DNA of 63,967 nt, filler included, from Octopus bimaculoides (Eukaryota), in the NCBI RefSeq assembly GCF_001194135.2. It is 6 parts of 6 records of this genome, joined end to end, with 100 filler letters (N's around TTAATTAATTAA, not from the genome) between each part and the next. Parts side by side here need not be neighbours in the genome. Positions count along the whole stretch, not along the records: positions 44,353 to 58,200 come from NC_068982.1; positions 58,301 to 62,705 come from NC_068986.1; positions 62,806 to 63,967 come from NW_026430553.1; 3 more parts are not named here. One strand, written 5' to 3'. The notes beneath the pieces are model-generated. The model was not told the DNA's origin and did not search any database. It was given only the letters and a program-made list of their open reading frames with translations. Below are positions 53,141 to 63,967 of the stretch, in pieces. The stretch's first letter is position 1. Every line of letters starts with the position of its first letter. The position numbers and the translations under genes were made by a program.

Positions 53141-54638
53141 CACTGTGTAACAACATTTAAAAAAATTTATCTTTGGTCAGTAAGTGTTATTTCCACTTTG
53201 CTTCTATCTAGAAATCAAAGGAAATGACTACTATTCCTTTCAAACGTTGCTTTTGTCACCTGGACATCAATGTCTTGAAACTGACCTATTTTCCATTACA
53301 TTTCAGACAGATTCAACACTGAATTGCTGAAGCAGAAATATTGTTATAACAAATAAATAGAGGGATTCTTTGATTAAATGTAATAAAAGCAAATTTTGAA
53401 GGAAATAGTAGCCATTTTTCATATTTTCTAGAGGTAAGCAAATAGGAAATAACAAAAATCGTGTTACACAATGTTATATGTATCCTCTTATAAAATGCAA
53501 CCCTTACAGTCATAATTATATTTTTGAAGAAACCACAGTGGTATTGTAATAAGTTTTTAAAACTTGTGGTGGATTTTCATTGTTGAGCAACAAGGTTTCA
53601 GTTATTCAGTCAACTGAATCACTTGCTCCTGAATTAACATGGAAATGACTGAACATTCCACCGATGGCCACAAACATGGCTGTGTTGTAAGAGGTTTACC
53701 TCTTGACCACATGGTTCTGGGTTCAGTCCTACTGTGTGGTACCTTGGGAAAGTGTGTTCTACTATTGCCCCAGTTCATCCGATGCCTTGTGAGTAAATTA
53801 GTTGTATCCATGTATCTATATATGTGTTGTGTGTGTCTTTATGTTTATCCCTCATCACTGCTTGAGAATCAGAGTTGGTTTGTTTACAGCCCCATAAATT
53901 AGCAGTTTGACCCATAGAATAAGTACCAGGCTTTAAATAGAATAAGCACCAGGCTTTAAATAGAATAAGCACAGGGGATCAATTTGTTTGGTTAAGCCAT
54001 TCAAGGCTGCAGTCAAATGACCGAAACATGTAAAAGATAAAAGATTTGTGTACCCTTAAAGTAAATCTCAGTCAGAATCAGCACAATATGGCATGTAGTA
54101 AGACCTCACCTTTTGAGTCACAGATACAATCCATCTGATAAGCCTCTATACACTTTCCATCTACCCAATTTCACATCCAAGCCATGGGTCACCCTGAAGC
54201 TATAGGAAATGACATTTTCATCTTAAGCTGCCAGTCAGAGAGATCTAACTGGGATCTAATCATTGTAAAGTAAACTCCTTAATTATTCAGCCATGGCACT
54301 GACACTCCGTCGGTTATGACGATGATGATTCCAGTTGATCCGATCAATGGAACAGCTTGCTTGTGAAATTAGCATGTGAGTGGCTGAACACTCCTCAGAC
54401 ATGTGTACCTTTAATGTAGTTTTCAGAGAGATTCAGTGTGACAAAGAATGTGACAAGTCTGGTGCTTTGAAATACATGTACTACTCATTTTTGTCAGCTG
54501 AGTAGACTAGAGCAATGTGAAATAAAGTGCCTTGCTCAAGGACACAAGGCATCGCCAGAAACTGAAATCACAACTTTACGATTGCAAGCTAAATACCCTA
54601 ACCACTAAGCCAGCTATAGTGCACCCATTAAAAATGTA

Positions 54639-54856
54639 CAAGAGGATGCTGAAAAGTTCCTGGCTTTGGATAATAGAAAATACAGGAGGATCAGTTAATT
54701 ATGATTTTATTCAACATATTCTCCTCTCAGATTCACACACTTATTTTAGTGGTTCTTCAGTTTTTCTAAGCCTGTAAAAGAATTTGGAAGGTTGGGCCTC
54801 CAGTCAGACCTTTTGCGATACCCTTAAGGCCAGGAACTTTTCAGCACCCCCTTGCG
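54639..54856 (-). mobile_element. Mariner-derived MITE (copy 2, opposite orientation)
   Basis: TIRs GATGCTGAAAAGTTCCTGGC / GCCAGGAACTTTTCAGCACCCCC, TA at both flanks (54637-38, 54857-58), minus-strand remnant LEKLKNH*NKCVNLRGEYVE*. Confidence 0.8.
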
Positions 54857-55020
54857 TAATACATAAACTAGAACTTGGACACTAAAGCTAGCATGATTTG
54901 TTTTTTTAAAATCGTAATCTTTAAATTAGATAATCACCCTTAAACCATACAGAATTTAACCTTGCACTAACCACCAGGATGCTAACAGGATTAAGTCTTT
55001 TGCTATCTTCATGATACATG

Positions 55021-55343
55021 TAAAAGGGTAAAGACCCCCTTTAGTCATGAATGACTAAGGGATTGCACCCAGAAGTTCTCTGGAGCACAAATCTGGGCAA
55101 TACTGTTTATGGAAGACCAGCAGTAGCCCATGCAGGTTAGTCCTCCTCTCTCCGTCCTACCAGTGTTATCCAAGGGAAAGGCAAAGGCCAATACAGCTTG
55201 GCACCAGTGATGTCACAACTCATTTCTACAGATGAGTGAATTGGAGCAAATGTGAAATAGAGTGTCTTGCTCAAGAACACAACACACAGCCTGCTCCAGG
55301 AATCGAACTCACTACCTTGTGGTTGTAAGCCTGACGCTCAAAT
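55021..55343 (-). mobile_element. SINE family D: family C head with a different tail (second copy about 43245-43545)
   Basis: Shares GTGTCTTGCTCAAG...GGAATCGAACTC with family C. Tail GGTAAAGACCCCCT..GTCATGAATGAC resembles RTE/BovB-type 3' ends. Confidence 0.8.
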
Positions 55344-56823
55344 CACTGAGCCATGTGCCTTCATTGATACCTATAGAGATTTGTATAAACTAGTCTTTAA
55401 ATATCTTGGGGCTATGCCTTCAATATTTTAATATGCTTTGGTTTGTTTTTATGTTTAGTATTTTTTTATATTCCAATATAATAAAAAAGAAATAGAAATA
55501 ATTACATGGCTGTGTGGTTAAGAAGCTCCCTTTGCAACCATGCAGTTCTGGGTTCAGTCTCACTGCACAGCACCTTGAGCAAGTATCTACTATAGTTGCA
55601 GGTTGACCAATAACTGGCAAGTGAATCTTGTTGATGGAAACTGAATGGAAATCCATCAACTGTGTGTTTGTGTTTGTCCTGCACCACCACTTGACAACTG
55701 GCGTTAGTTTGTTTACATCCCCATAGCTTAGTAGTCTGGCAAAACAGAATAAGTACCAGGCTTAAAAAATAAGTACTAGAGTTCATTTGTTTGAATAAAC
55801 TTTTCAAGGCGGTGCCCCAGCAAGGCTGCAGTTCAATGAATGAAACAAGATAAAAGATAATTTATTCATAGTTGAATTAAACAGAGGATGTAGAATTATC
55901 TGGGTAAAAAAATTAATTTTTTCATATTACACACAAGTAAAAAAAAAAGAAAAGTATGTTCCAGAAAAGATTGGTTGTTTCTTCTTTCAAACACAAAAAT
56001 GGCAAGCTGATAGATCAACTAAGTCATCTTATAAAAGATAATCATTTTCTGGCATAACAGCTTTTGTTACTAATTGCATTACATTATGTAGAGTGGCTGA
56101 ATAGGATATCAAAACTAAATTTATATTCTCTAAAACAATACTTAAGTGATTCAAAACTGGAAGATAACAAGAATGAATAATGTTCTCTGTAACATTGACT
56201 TAAGTGATTCATAACTGGAAGTCTTCTAAATATCTTTATAATCCATTCATATGGAAATTTATAATATAATGTAAATATTTTTTTGACAATAACTATTTTG
56301 GTTAATTATCTTATGAGGAATAAAAACAATTCTATCTTCCTTCTCTTTCTCCTTCTCTACCTCGTCTTTTTCAGACAGGCAACTCTAGGTGTTACAAGCC
56401 AACAAACAACGACAAATACAAAATGTCTGCCTCACACTCATTATTACAATGAAGCATTCTCTTTTTAGAAACAGTTCCAGGCTTCCATAAAATTTTGTGT
56501 TGCTGCCATTTTTAACAAACACTAAATTTGCTGTCAAATAATTAAAATAATTAGATCTTCAGATGTTGTAGTCTCAACTGCTCTTCATCTCAACTAGATT
56601 AACTTTAAAGCAAAATACCCATTTATCAGAAAACTGTTTCATAACTGTTCATCACTGTCATTTTTCACTGAGTTTGTTTCAAAATTTTTATGAACCTAAG
56701 CTGTACCATATTTCTGCTGGAATACACATCCTTTGTTTCAATTCATTTTGAAAACAAAGAAGTATTTAGCAAAACAGCTTTGCCATTATTAAATTGGTGT
56801 TTGGAATATAAAATGAGATCATT

Positions 56824-57046
56824 TTAACCATTTAGCATTTAAACAGGCCTTACCAGGCCCAAATATTCTACCTGTTTTATGTCTAAACCAGCCAGATCCT
56901 GGCTCTCACAAATAACCCATGATGCCAAAGTTTGAATATACAATCATATAATTAAAATCTCAAAATGATAATGCATGATTAATTCAAAGCAATGCAAATA
57001 AGTAAGCGTTATATTTGACAGAGTAATCTGAATGATAAAAGGTTAA
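56824..57046. mobile_element. TTAA-bounded piggyBac-like MITE nested in another repeat
   Basis: TTAA-CCATTTAGCATT ... AATGATAAAAGG-TTAA. The host repeat (about 56760-57108) resembles 50215-50370. Confidence 0.55.
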
Positions 57047-57245
57047 AATGGAGTTTGTATCAAAGAACCAGGGTTGTGGTTTTAGTTGGGTTATCAAAAG
57101 GGGTTAACTGCATTCTAGATGGTCATATGAATAAAAAAAACAAAAACAAAAAAAAAACAGCTGATCTTTTCTTATTTTAATCTACTATTTACTAAAAGCA
57201 TATGCATTGTTCTATTAGTCTGTCTCATGCATCATTTCTGCAAAA

Positions 57246-57790
57246 ACACAGAAATCATGATTCAGCAATTCCACCATTGCTCCTTGCCTGCTACTGACAC
57301 ACTTCTGTACTTTTTAGAACCACACATCTATATGAGAAGCTCTCACAAGATGAATACTTCAGTTTACTAGCTTTCTATAGTATATCCATGTTAAGTAAGA
57401 TATACAGAATGCTATTTTGAACCTTTACTGCTTCCGTCATATATAACAAATTTTTACTCAGCTTACCAGCTATTTGCAACGCAAGTGATTTGTTAATCAT
57501 TCTTTTTGTATATTAGTAAAAGCAAAATTTGTCTATGCATGCAGTCAATAGTGGATACTTACTACTGATGATGTGTTAAGACACAGAAATCATAATTAAC
57601 AACTTCACCACCACTACTAAATGCTTTTTTTTATCAGCTACTGATACATTACTGTACTTTTTAGCACTATACATCTATATGAAAAGCACTCTAAACATGA
57701 ATTCTACAGTCTGTGACTTTCTAAATAAATGTATATCCTTGTTAAGAAAAATATACAGAATACTGTTCTGAATCAATGCTGCTTCTGTTG
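57246..57790 (+). repeat. Diverged tandem duplication (unit about 335-350 bp)
   Basis: Collinear blocks ACACAGAAATCAT, GCTACTGA(C/T)AC..CTGTACTTTTTAG, ACATCTATATGA and GTATATCC.TGTTAAG..A.ATATACAGAAT occur at about 57246-57440 and 57581-57790. Confidence 0.8.
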
Positions 57791-58150
57791 CTAATAACAG
57801 ATCATTTCTTAAATTTTTATTTTTATTTTTTTTTAACATCCATTTTCCCATGCTTGCTTGGTTTGGATAGGAATTGATTTTAAGGCTAGATGCTTCCTGT
57901 AATGAAGTCTTGCCTATTTTTTCAGGTAAGGGAGTTTCATATTTATATTGCACATATCTTCAAAAGCACAGATTGACTGTTCATAACATCGTCAACAAGG
58001 AATGTCAACTTCAGCATCACTTTGCTCACAAGATGAAGCAAAATGTCAACTTTCATACGTGTTCTTACATGTGAGTGCTCACACATAAATACAGAGGGAG
58101 AGAGAGATGTATACACACATATGTATATCTATCTGTGTGTATGTATGTGG

Positions 58151-58200
<50 letters not shown>

Positions 58201-58302
58201 NNNNNNNNNNNNNNNNNNNNNNNNNNNNNNNNNNNNNNNNNNNNTTAATTAATTAANNNNNNNNNNNNNNNNNNNNNNNNNNNNNNNNNNNNNNNNNNNN
58301 AT

Positions 58303-58334
<32 letters not shown>

Positions 58335-59760
58335 ACATATATATATGTATTTAGTCTCACTCTTACTTTCTTTCTCATTACGTTTTCTCTCTCCCCCTCT
58401 CTTACATTTCTTGGCCTTCTCTTTCTTTAACTCTCACTTTTCCTCCCCGTGTATCTTTCCTGTAGTTCTCCCTTTGTCACTGATTTTTTTCTAATCCTTC
58501 AATCCCGTTGCCCCCTACTCGTATCTCCTCCTTCAACGTGACCAGTGTTCGGCCAGCCATGATCTTTCTGTCTTGGCCTGACTGCCAAGCACCAACACCT
58601 CTTATGTCCGTCTCCTATGTTCCTGTATCAAGGTTTTCACTCTATACACGCCGAATCAATTTGACTCGTCTTCATTAGTCGAAATACTCCTGCTGTTATA
58701 TTCTTGTTGTTTGTATTTGTAATTGTGTACCCTGTTCTCCGTTTTTGTCTTGTCGTTCACATTAGCTAGCTTTCTTACAAAAGATCTAATGATCTTAGCT
58801 TAGACTCTATGGGAGGTAACCAGATCGAACAGCCTCAAGTTTAACTGCCCGAAACTGTAAGGACATCTTGACTGATAAAATAACGTCACGAATTACACGT
58901 ATTTTTTTTTCCTTTCTATCTAATTGTTGTTTTCCTGTCTGCCTTTGTTTTATCTATCTGTCCGGTAGTGTTATTCTCCTCTATTGCTGCATTAGATCAT
59001 TTTAGCTCCTTAGCAATATAGTTGTTGCAGCATGGAAGATGTTTATAAGCCATTTAAGAAACACACAAAATCCGTTAGATTCACTTCAACATTTAAATCT
59101 AATTTGCTAAATTATTTTCGTCTCTTTGAGTCCGCGACCTGTTCATTGACAAAATTTCGTGCTGCATCTGATAAAGTAAGTTACTTACACACACGCCATA
59201 ACACACTCACACACACAACAAAATATACACATCCCCCCCCACACACATATACAATACACACACATACCCTTACACACACGCGCATACATGTATCCATAGA
59301 GACACATATAATCAGAAAAATTATAAGTTTTACTTATAATCTTCCTTGAGATGCATATGCATGCATATACACATTCATACACACATGCATACATACCCAC
59401 GTACACAAACACACAGAGAAACCCACCTACATACGTTTAAATATATCACTCTTATTTCTAACTGTTACTTTATCAGATGCAGCATGGAATTTTGTCAGTG
59501 AACAGGTCGCGGTTTCAAAGGGACGAAAATATTTGGGCAAATTAAATTTAAATGTTGAAGTGAATCTAACGGTTTTTGTGTTTCTTAAAAGCCTTATAAA
59601 CACCTTCCACGCTGCACTTGTTTTCGTTCCAGCACACGATCTCGGATCAGGTCACTTGCAAGTACATTTCCGAAACATGGATGTCACAATCATAATTATA
59701 GGAAACTATAGCTTTCCATTTTAGTGACACATTGCATACGGCTGTCTATATTAATTATAT

Positions 59761-59818
<58 letters not shown>

Positions 59819-62800
59819 NNNNNNNNNNNNNNNNNNNNNNNNNNNNNNNNNNNNNNNNNNNNNNNNNNNNNNNNNNNNNNNNNNNNNNNNNNNNNNNNNN
59901 NNNNNNNNNNNNNNNNNNNNNNNNNNNNNNNNNNNNNNNNNNNNNNNNTATATATATATATATATATATATATATTCACACACATATACGTGTGTATATA
60001 AACGCGTGTGCATACATTCATTATGCCTATACATATCGTCTTATTTATTTATGCAAGTGTGTATATATGTATATCACACGGGCCTACATCATCTAACATT
60101 TATTCATCAACCAATGGAGATGTAATCGAATGCCATTTAATATATTTACGCGTTATTCTCAAACACTGAATTTGTATAAATGCTGATAAGAAGAACATAA
60201 ATAATTCTGAAGGAATCTTGCCATATGTAATGACATCAAAATAATTCTCATTTAATAAGACATCTAATTTATTTACTATGTTTCAAAATGTTTATCATTT
60301 CACACTGTAGAATATTCCACATATAATAAACAAATAATTTAATGTTTATATAAATGGGATTCCTTTCTTCTTTCTGGGTGTATTAACACTATTACTATTA
60401 TCATTATCGCAAATTCTAATGCTTCATACGTATTTCTACTTCGTTTGAAGCGCATTGCTCTTTCCAAACTGCTTGCAACATTTCCTTTCGTGTATGTAGA
60501 AATGAGTTTGTATAAACTATAATTTTCTTTCAATATGCCAATTGTTTGATTCTGGTTATTTTTCGTATGTTTTGTGTATTGGCTGCGTAAGAGATGTGCA
60601 ATTGTCTTATCTTCTTGGATGGTGATTGCATTTTGTATTAGCTGCATGAGTTGTGCTATATTTTAATGTCCTGCGTTGAATAACCTGATAATGTGTTCTG
60701 AGGATTTTCTTGCGTTATTACGTAGAATGTTATTTGTGCGTGTATTCAGAAGCGTTTTAGATGTGCTTTAGTATCGATTATGCAAGAGTGTTCCGTTATT
60801 GTATTTGCGGAAAACTGTATAGAATATACGCTGTGTAAATTTTTACGATACACTTGCTGTCGAGTTTATGATGTATATATCAGGTGGTGCTTTGCAGTGT
60901 CATATGCGAAGAAATTAGAGTCTGAATATGTGAAGTGTGCGTACTGAGCTATTGTTTGGACAATTATTGGTTCCATGTGTTTGTTTCTCTACATTTATTT
61001 CATATTTATTTACCACTCAATGAATGTTCCGTAGCCAACCGTCAGACCAATATTTTCTTCAGCAGTGATCATACTGTCTATCAAAATAAAAATATATATA
61101 ACTGTTCACCTTCAGTTCTATGTGAACGATTTGACCCGGTCTCTTTGTGAGGTTCGGCTGGTTGTTTACTGTCATTCCTTTGTAAGTACTTTCTCGGCAC
61201 ATCTGTATATACTTTCATAGATCTTCCTATGGAAATGTTGGCATATTGTGAATATTGCTGAGACCCTGTATCAATATATTGTAGGACCTTGTCGCGGTTG
61301 TTTAACCAGAAATAACATTACCAATTTTCTCATTGCATTTGTTTTATTTATTGTCAAATTTATTGGCTGCATTTATGATAATTTATTTCCTGTTCTTTTT
61401 AGCTGATCGGTGATTCAGGCCTTCAACATTTAGATCTTACGTTTCTACTTTGAATCCACAACTATTTAGCTTTTAACATTCGTCATCCAGATCTACATCA
61501 AGAGTGCCAAATATGGCACAAATTAGCCATGGCGTTGTTTCTTCTTTCCCAAATTAGAGTATAATTTCCGTATGGTAATAATTCGAAGAATATTTCGATA
61601 TTTTCTTTATTGTTTACACTTCATGCAATTATTTTATTTTATATATCTTTTTATTAATTTATCTTTGCCATTTCTGATACACTGGCTACATAATTAAAAT
61701 TGACATGAAGGCACCACCCTTTCTTACCTGTACATGATATGTATAAATGGCAATTCAACGTTGTAGAATATAACTGCATCTGCAAATTATGTATTCCCTG
61801 CTCCAAGCAAAAAGGAACCTTAACGAATATTTCATTGAAACGTTTAACACTTTTAGTGTGAATGACCATGAACTCCAGTCTTAACGATGTTCCTTTTCTT
61901 AGCCAGAAATATGATTTTGCGGCATTACATGGATACATTCGTCCTCCTTCTATTACTTATGCGGTGTGTATTTTCCAAATGTCAACACGTAAGATATGAC
62001 AATATATCTGCTTCGAGTGTGCTAACGTTGGTGCAGATACGTGGACACCAGAACTCTTTTATATAATGCTAAATATTCAGCTTATCACACAGTACACTAT
62101 TAAAACTAGAAGACACTGAAATATGTACGATAATATAAGGTGAATCTAAAACAACCCTACGGTCATGTTACGAATTGCAAAGCCTTAGATAAATCATGGC
62201 CGAATGGAGATTAAGAAAAACAATACATATCGATATAGATATTCATTTTACTGAGCATAATTAACGGAGAGACTGAAAGTTTCGTTACAATAAAACAATT
62301 TTAAAAAAATAGACGGGATGAAACAGAAAAAATAAATCATCTATTGCGGTTAGAGTAGATGTGACTTTTCTATATCTACACCAATACCCTATGAAGTTTT
62401 AAAAATACATTTATTCGTATAATATAGAATGACATGAGGAAATTAGATAATACTGTTGAAAAACTTACCACATACTTTGCAGACAAGGAAACAACTGAAC
62501 GCTAATATACGTGTGTCAAATGACATAAATTTTCTGTAGCTTCTGCCATGTTTATAGATTTATGTATAATACTCAACTAACAACATGCATACATACATAC
62601 ATACATACATACATCGATACTTACACACATGCACACACGCTTACATCCACATTGTATATGTATGTATGTATGTATGTATGTATATATATGTTTTTAAATA
62701 TATATNNNNNNNNNNNNNNNNNNNNNNNNNNNNNNNNNNNNNNNNNNNNTTAATTAATTAANNNNNNNNNNNNNNNNNNNNNNNNNNNNNNNNNNNNNNN

Positions 62801-63182
62801 NNNNNGCGCAGTAACCGGAAGCAAGCTTCTTACCACACAGCCACGGCTATGTATATATGTCTATATAAACATATCTGTTTGTGTATGTGTGTGAGTGCAC
62901 GTATGTGTGTGCGTGTGTGTGAGTGTGTATAAGTATACATGTATATATTAATGAATGACATTATTGTTCGTATTCACAAAGGTAGCATTCTAGTAGAATC
63001 ATTTGGAAGCCAGACAAAATGTTCAGTGATGTTTCTTTCCTTTTTGCAGTCTTCCAGAGGTGATTTTAAGCATTGTGTCTATAATAGTAATAATTGTTTC
63101 TTTGTTATATTCATACATTGTATTCATACATTTGTATTCATTATTTGAATTAAATGAGTTTTTTATAATTGTTTATTTTTAG

Positions 63183-63721
63183 ATTATTGCAATGGCCAAG
63201 CGTACAACGTTTACAATAGCATTTGCTGCGGCACACAAATATCATCTATAACTGGTTTCAAAGCTCCTGCTTGTTGTGGAAATATTGCATTTGACAGAGA
63301 TGCAAATTTATGTTGCGGCGGGGCACTTGTTGCAAGAACATCAACAGCAAATGGTTGTTGCGGTGTGGCTTCTTTAGATTTATCTATTAATGATTGTTGT
63401 GCCGGTAACGCTATTGCGAGACTGGCTCAAATATGTTGTAATGGAGCACCAATTGCCAGAACATCAATATATGATGTTTGTTGCGGGGCAGCTAAAATGG
63501 ATAAGACCAAGGAAGTTTGCTGTAATGGAAATGCAGTAACAATTGCTTCTACTTTTCCAACAGGAAATAATCTCGTACCAAACACGTATGCTTGTTGTGG
63601 AAGTTCACTTTTCCGTGTACGTTCTCACTACTGTTTCTACAATCAAGTATATCCACGACTGAATTATGTGCCATGGTGGCAGTCGGGTTATCATCACCAT
63701 CATTATGATCATCATCACTGA
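63183..63721 (+). CDS. Terminal coding exon of a galaxin-like di-cysteine repeat protein (178 aa in this exon, His-rich C-terminus); upstream exon(s) unresolved
   Basis: Acceptor gtttatttttAG (63181-82) in phase 1. The frame is open from 63185 to TGA 63719-21, i.e. 60 codons longer than the supplied GTG-start ORF: YCNGQAYNVYNSICCGTQ...ACCGNIAF...LCCGGALV...GCCGVASL...DCCAGNAI...ICCNGAPI...VCCGAAKM...VCCNGNAV...ACCGSSLF...YHHHHYDHHH*. Nine CC pairs are spaced 14,11,13,11,11,13,11,23 aa. An in-frame stop at 63155-57 and no in-frame ATG before the Cys repeats imply splicing. The CC-G repeat pattern matches galaxin family architecture (family assignment by recognition). Confidence 0.8.
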
Positions 63722-63754
63722 NNNNNNNNNNCTGATTGGTAACTGATATGAAAA

Positions 63755-63783
63755 AATAAATTTCTGAAGCATGTAAGAATAAA
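63755..63783 (+). terminator. Candidate polyadenylation signals for the galaxin-like gene
   Basis: AATAAA at 63755-60 and 63778-83, shortly after the stop codon and a 10-N gap. Confidence 0.4.
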
Positions 63784-63967
63784 TCCTTTGTTCTGTTTCT
63801 TTTTTATAGAATATATATTCATACGCTTCTCTCTTTCTTCGCTCTGTCGGTCTGTTTTTCTCATTCTCACTATATGTATGTGTATATACATATACTTGTG
63901 TGTATGCAAGTACGTTTGTATACATATACATATAAACACACATCCTACGTATATACATACCTATATA

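Noticed and set aside
56259-56384. Strong polypyrimidine tract and a Glu/Lys-rich minus frame
   Set aside because: The frame closes after about 41 codons and the composition is explained by a (CT)-rich low-complexity tract.
57565-57589. CTGATGA-TGTGT-TAAG-ACACA-GAAA, a hammerhead-like core with perfect helix II
   Set aside because: No helix I partner follows any NUH triplet, and the paralogous duplicate at about 57246 lacks the core. Treated as chance.
58781-58865. Hairpin AAGATC-TAAT-GATCTT and CTGCCC-GAAA-CT-GTA-AGGAC, possible decayed hammerheads in a pyrimidine-rich repeat
   Set aside because: The CUGANGA half of the core is absent. It could only be rescued by a family consensus.
62057-62145. 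TATA-like box, ATG and AAG|GTGAAT donor as first exon of the galaxin-like gene
   Set aside because: It lies across an artificial linker, encodes no signal peptide and is phase 2, so it cannot be tied directly to the phase-1 exon.
63060-63110. Hydrophobic frame VILSIVSIIVIIVSLL as signal peptide for the galaxin-like exon
   Set aside because: No GT donor of compatible phase lies between it and the 63183 acceptor. AT-rich intron DNA readily gives such peptides.

Overview
AT-rich, gap-rich eukaryotic (animal) genomic DNA. The SINE families and extreme microsatellite load look to me like a coleoid cephalopod (Octopus-type); this is pattern recognition, not a database result. Five identical artificial N44-TTAATTAATTAA-N44 linkers split the window into six assembly pieces (1-28021, 28122-39034, 39135-44252, 44353-58200, 58301-62705, 62806-end), so adjacency across them is unproven. 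Most sequence is microsatellite, tRNA-derived SINEs of several families, LINE remnants (RTE, CR1/L2-like, Penelope), a near full-length dead mariner, a hAT remnant and MITEs. Nearly all ORFs in the supplied track are microsatellite or N-gap artefacts. The one well-supported host coding sequence is a terminal exon (63183-63721, +) of a galaxin-like di-cysteine-repeat protein with a His-rich tail. The most unusual signal is a set of hammerhead-ribozyme motifs. Three copies of a minimal type I hammerhead sit in a repeat that, in its full-length copy, is a Pol III tRNA-headed SINE (tRNA head - (AAT)n - hammerhead-bearing tail). A fourth, unrelated hammerhead with one core substitution lies at 3810-3858. 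All structural calls were made by eye and need computational and biochemical confirmation.
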